From: Polyangiales bacterium | GTDB taxonomy: Bacteria; Myxococcota_A; Polyangia; Polyangiales; Houyiibacteriaceae | Reading direction: 5' to 3' | Assembly: GCA_045106895.1 (NCBI GenBank) | Contig: JBGCFM010000110.1 | Coordinates: 1-17,708, forward strand | DNA: 17,708 nucleotides | Shown here: piece by piece, positions 16,495 to 17,708 of the stretch | How positions within the stretch are numbered: position 1 is the first letter of the stretch | Layout of the letters: every line of letters begins with the position of its first letter | Translations under genes and position numbers: made by a program | Notes under the pieces: generated by a model | Database searches by the model: none | Seen by the model: only the letters and a program-made list of their open reading frames with translations | Told to the model about the DNA's origin: nothing

Positions 16495-16618
16495 GTCGCG
16501 AGCGCGACCGAGTGGCGTGAACGAGGATTCTCGACGGCGCCGGTTGGCGCCCAACGATGGTTCTCACGTGTTCGCCGGATCTTTCTATGTCGGTGGCGAA
16601 ACCCCGGGCATCGTTGCT

Positions 16619-16634
16619 TGGCACGGTGAGTGCA
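16619..16634 (+). promoter_or_regulatory. sigma54 (-24/-12) promoter of the vWA lipoprotein gene
   Basis: TGGCACGGTGAGTGCA, i.e. TGGCACG-N4-GTGCA with GG-N10-GC, 14 nt upstream of ATG 16648. Confidence 0.72.
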
Positions 16635-16647
16635 AACTTTCGGCGGC

Positions 16648-17472
16648 ATGCTCATCACGACCCCCGCCCAACTGTGCTCCCACCGCTCCTCGTCCCTGAG
16701 GAACTTTTCGAAGCTCAGCATCGCGATGGCCGCGTTCTTCTTCGGTGGGTGCTCGGGTGCGTTTCAGCTTCACGGCGCCACCCTCGGCGTGGTGCAGGTG
16801 AACTCGCAGCAGGCCCATCACACGCAGGCGCATCACACGCAGGCCACGGCGAGCGCACAACTACAACTGGAGTTCTTCGACATCTCGCTCGAGGGCGCTC
16901 AAGACATTGTCTTTGTACTGGACCGCTCCGGCTCGATGTCGCTGGCGACGGTGGGGGCAAGCGGCGAAGAAGTGGGAATGACCCGCGGCCAAGCCATCGG
17001 CGCGGAGGTAGGAATGGCTTTGGCGAATGCCGCCAGCGGTGGCGTTCTTCCAACCCGGATGGACGCCGCCAAGCAAGAACTGAGCGACGCGCTTCAGCGC
17101 CTTCCCCAAGGCACGCGCTTCAACGTCGTCTTCTTCAACGAAGAGCTCCACGCGCTCTCCCCATCGATGATGGTCATGGGTCCTCATACGCGGAGCGCGG
17201 CGGTTCGCTTCGTTCACTCGACGAGCGCCGACGGAGGCACCGCCGCCGTGCCCGCTATGCAGAGCGCCTACGCTTTGGGCGCCCGCCACATTGTCTTTTT
17301 GAGTGACGGACTGGCGAACGCCGGCGGCGGACCCGAGCGGCTCCTCGCCGATGCCACTGCCGCAGCGCAGCGCGGCGTGCGCGTCGACACCGTCGGTCTC
17401 GGTCTCACCCAGCGCGGCGAGATCCTTCGCTCGATGGCTCAGGCGAGCGGTGGTCAGTCCGTGCTCCGCTAA
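16648..17472 (+). CDS. von Willebrand factor A domain protein, probable lipoprotein
   Basis: MIDAS motif DIVFVLDRSGSM, TRMDAAKQEL, FNVVFFN, GGT, FLSDGLAN, VDTVGLG. Lipobox-like AAFFFGG-C. Start codon uncertain. Confidence 0.88.
   Translation: MLITTPAQLCSHRSSSLRNFSKLSIAMAAFFFGGCSGAFQLHGATLGVVQVNSQQAHHTQAHHTQATASAQLQLEFFDISLEGAQDIVFVLDRSGSMSLATVGASGEEVGMTRGQAIGAEVGMALANAASGGVLPTRMDAAKQELSDALQRLPQGTRFNVVFFNEELHALSPSMMVMGPHTRSAAVRFVHSTSADGGTAAVPAMQSAYALGARHIVFLSDGLANAGGGPERLLADATAAAQRGVRVDTVGLGLTQRGEILRSMAQASGGQSVLR
16810..16848 (+). repeat. 15-bp tandem repeat encoding QAHHT-QAHHT-QA
   Basis: caggcccatcacacg / caggcgcatcacacg / caggccacg. Confidence 0.8.
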
Positions 17473-17556
17473 ACACGGCCCACTTTTTCCCTGTTTGGGG
17501 GGGGGCGTTTCGAGACTTAAGCCGCCAGCTAAGAGGGCGAGGTCCCCGCTTTCGGC

Positions 17557-17708
17557 ATGAACACGACCCCCTTTGTTGTCTTGGCCCTCGCAACCCTTCT
17601 CGGATGCTCTGAGTCGACCCCCGTCGACCAGGCAGACTCGGCGCTGATGGACGCCTCTCCCAGCGACTCGGTGAGCGTCGATGCGCGAGACGCCGGACCC
17701 GCGAGCGA
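17557..17708 (+). CDS. Lipoprotein, N-terminal fragment (runs off the window end)
   Basis: Translation from ATG 17557: MNTTPFVVLALATLLG-CSESTPVDQADSALMDASPSDSVSVDARDAGPAS..., a lipobox followed by a DA/DAG linker. Not in the ORF track because it has no stop in the window. Confidence 0.75.
   Translation, partial: MNTTPFVVLALATLLGCSESTPVDQADSALMDASPSDSVSVDARDAGPAS

Noticed and set aside
16189..17472. TerB-like gene next to a vWA gene as a Ter/TerY stress or defence cluster
   Set aside because: The vWA protein looks exported and has its own promoter; no TerD, TerC or PP2C partners are present.

Overview
This is a high-GC chromosomal window, probably from a myxobacterium (Myxococcota, likely Polyangiales/Sandaracinaceae-like). 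That assignment is inferred from the FHA-sigma54 activator, Hanks kinase, TSP3-OmpA protein and D-A-G-rich lipoproteins. It holds about 18 protein-coding genes, with no rRNA, tRNA, CRISPR or mobile element. The core is a translationally coupled minus-strand signalling operon: Cache-HAMP class III adenylyl cyclase, then a cytoplasmic Ser/Thr kinase with a C-terminal pseudo-receiver, then a secreted LysM-FecR-FN3 protein, followed by two paralogous membrane proteins. Nearby are an FHA-AAA+-Fis sigma54 activator and two matching -24/-12 promoters with identical geometry. These lie in front of a TraB-like beta-barrel/TSP3/OmpA gene (with a candidate enhancer palindrome) and a vWA lipoprotein gene. 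The window also has an XRE/MmyB-type regulator with a perfect operator-like palindrome embedded in the upstream gene's last codons, a probably frameshifted exported-protein gene, a two-S1-domain protein, a TerB-like protein and several uncharacterised Cys-rich lipoproteins.
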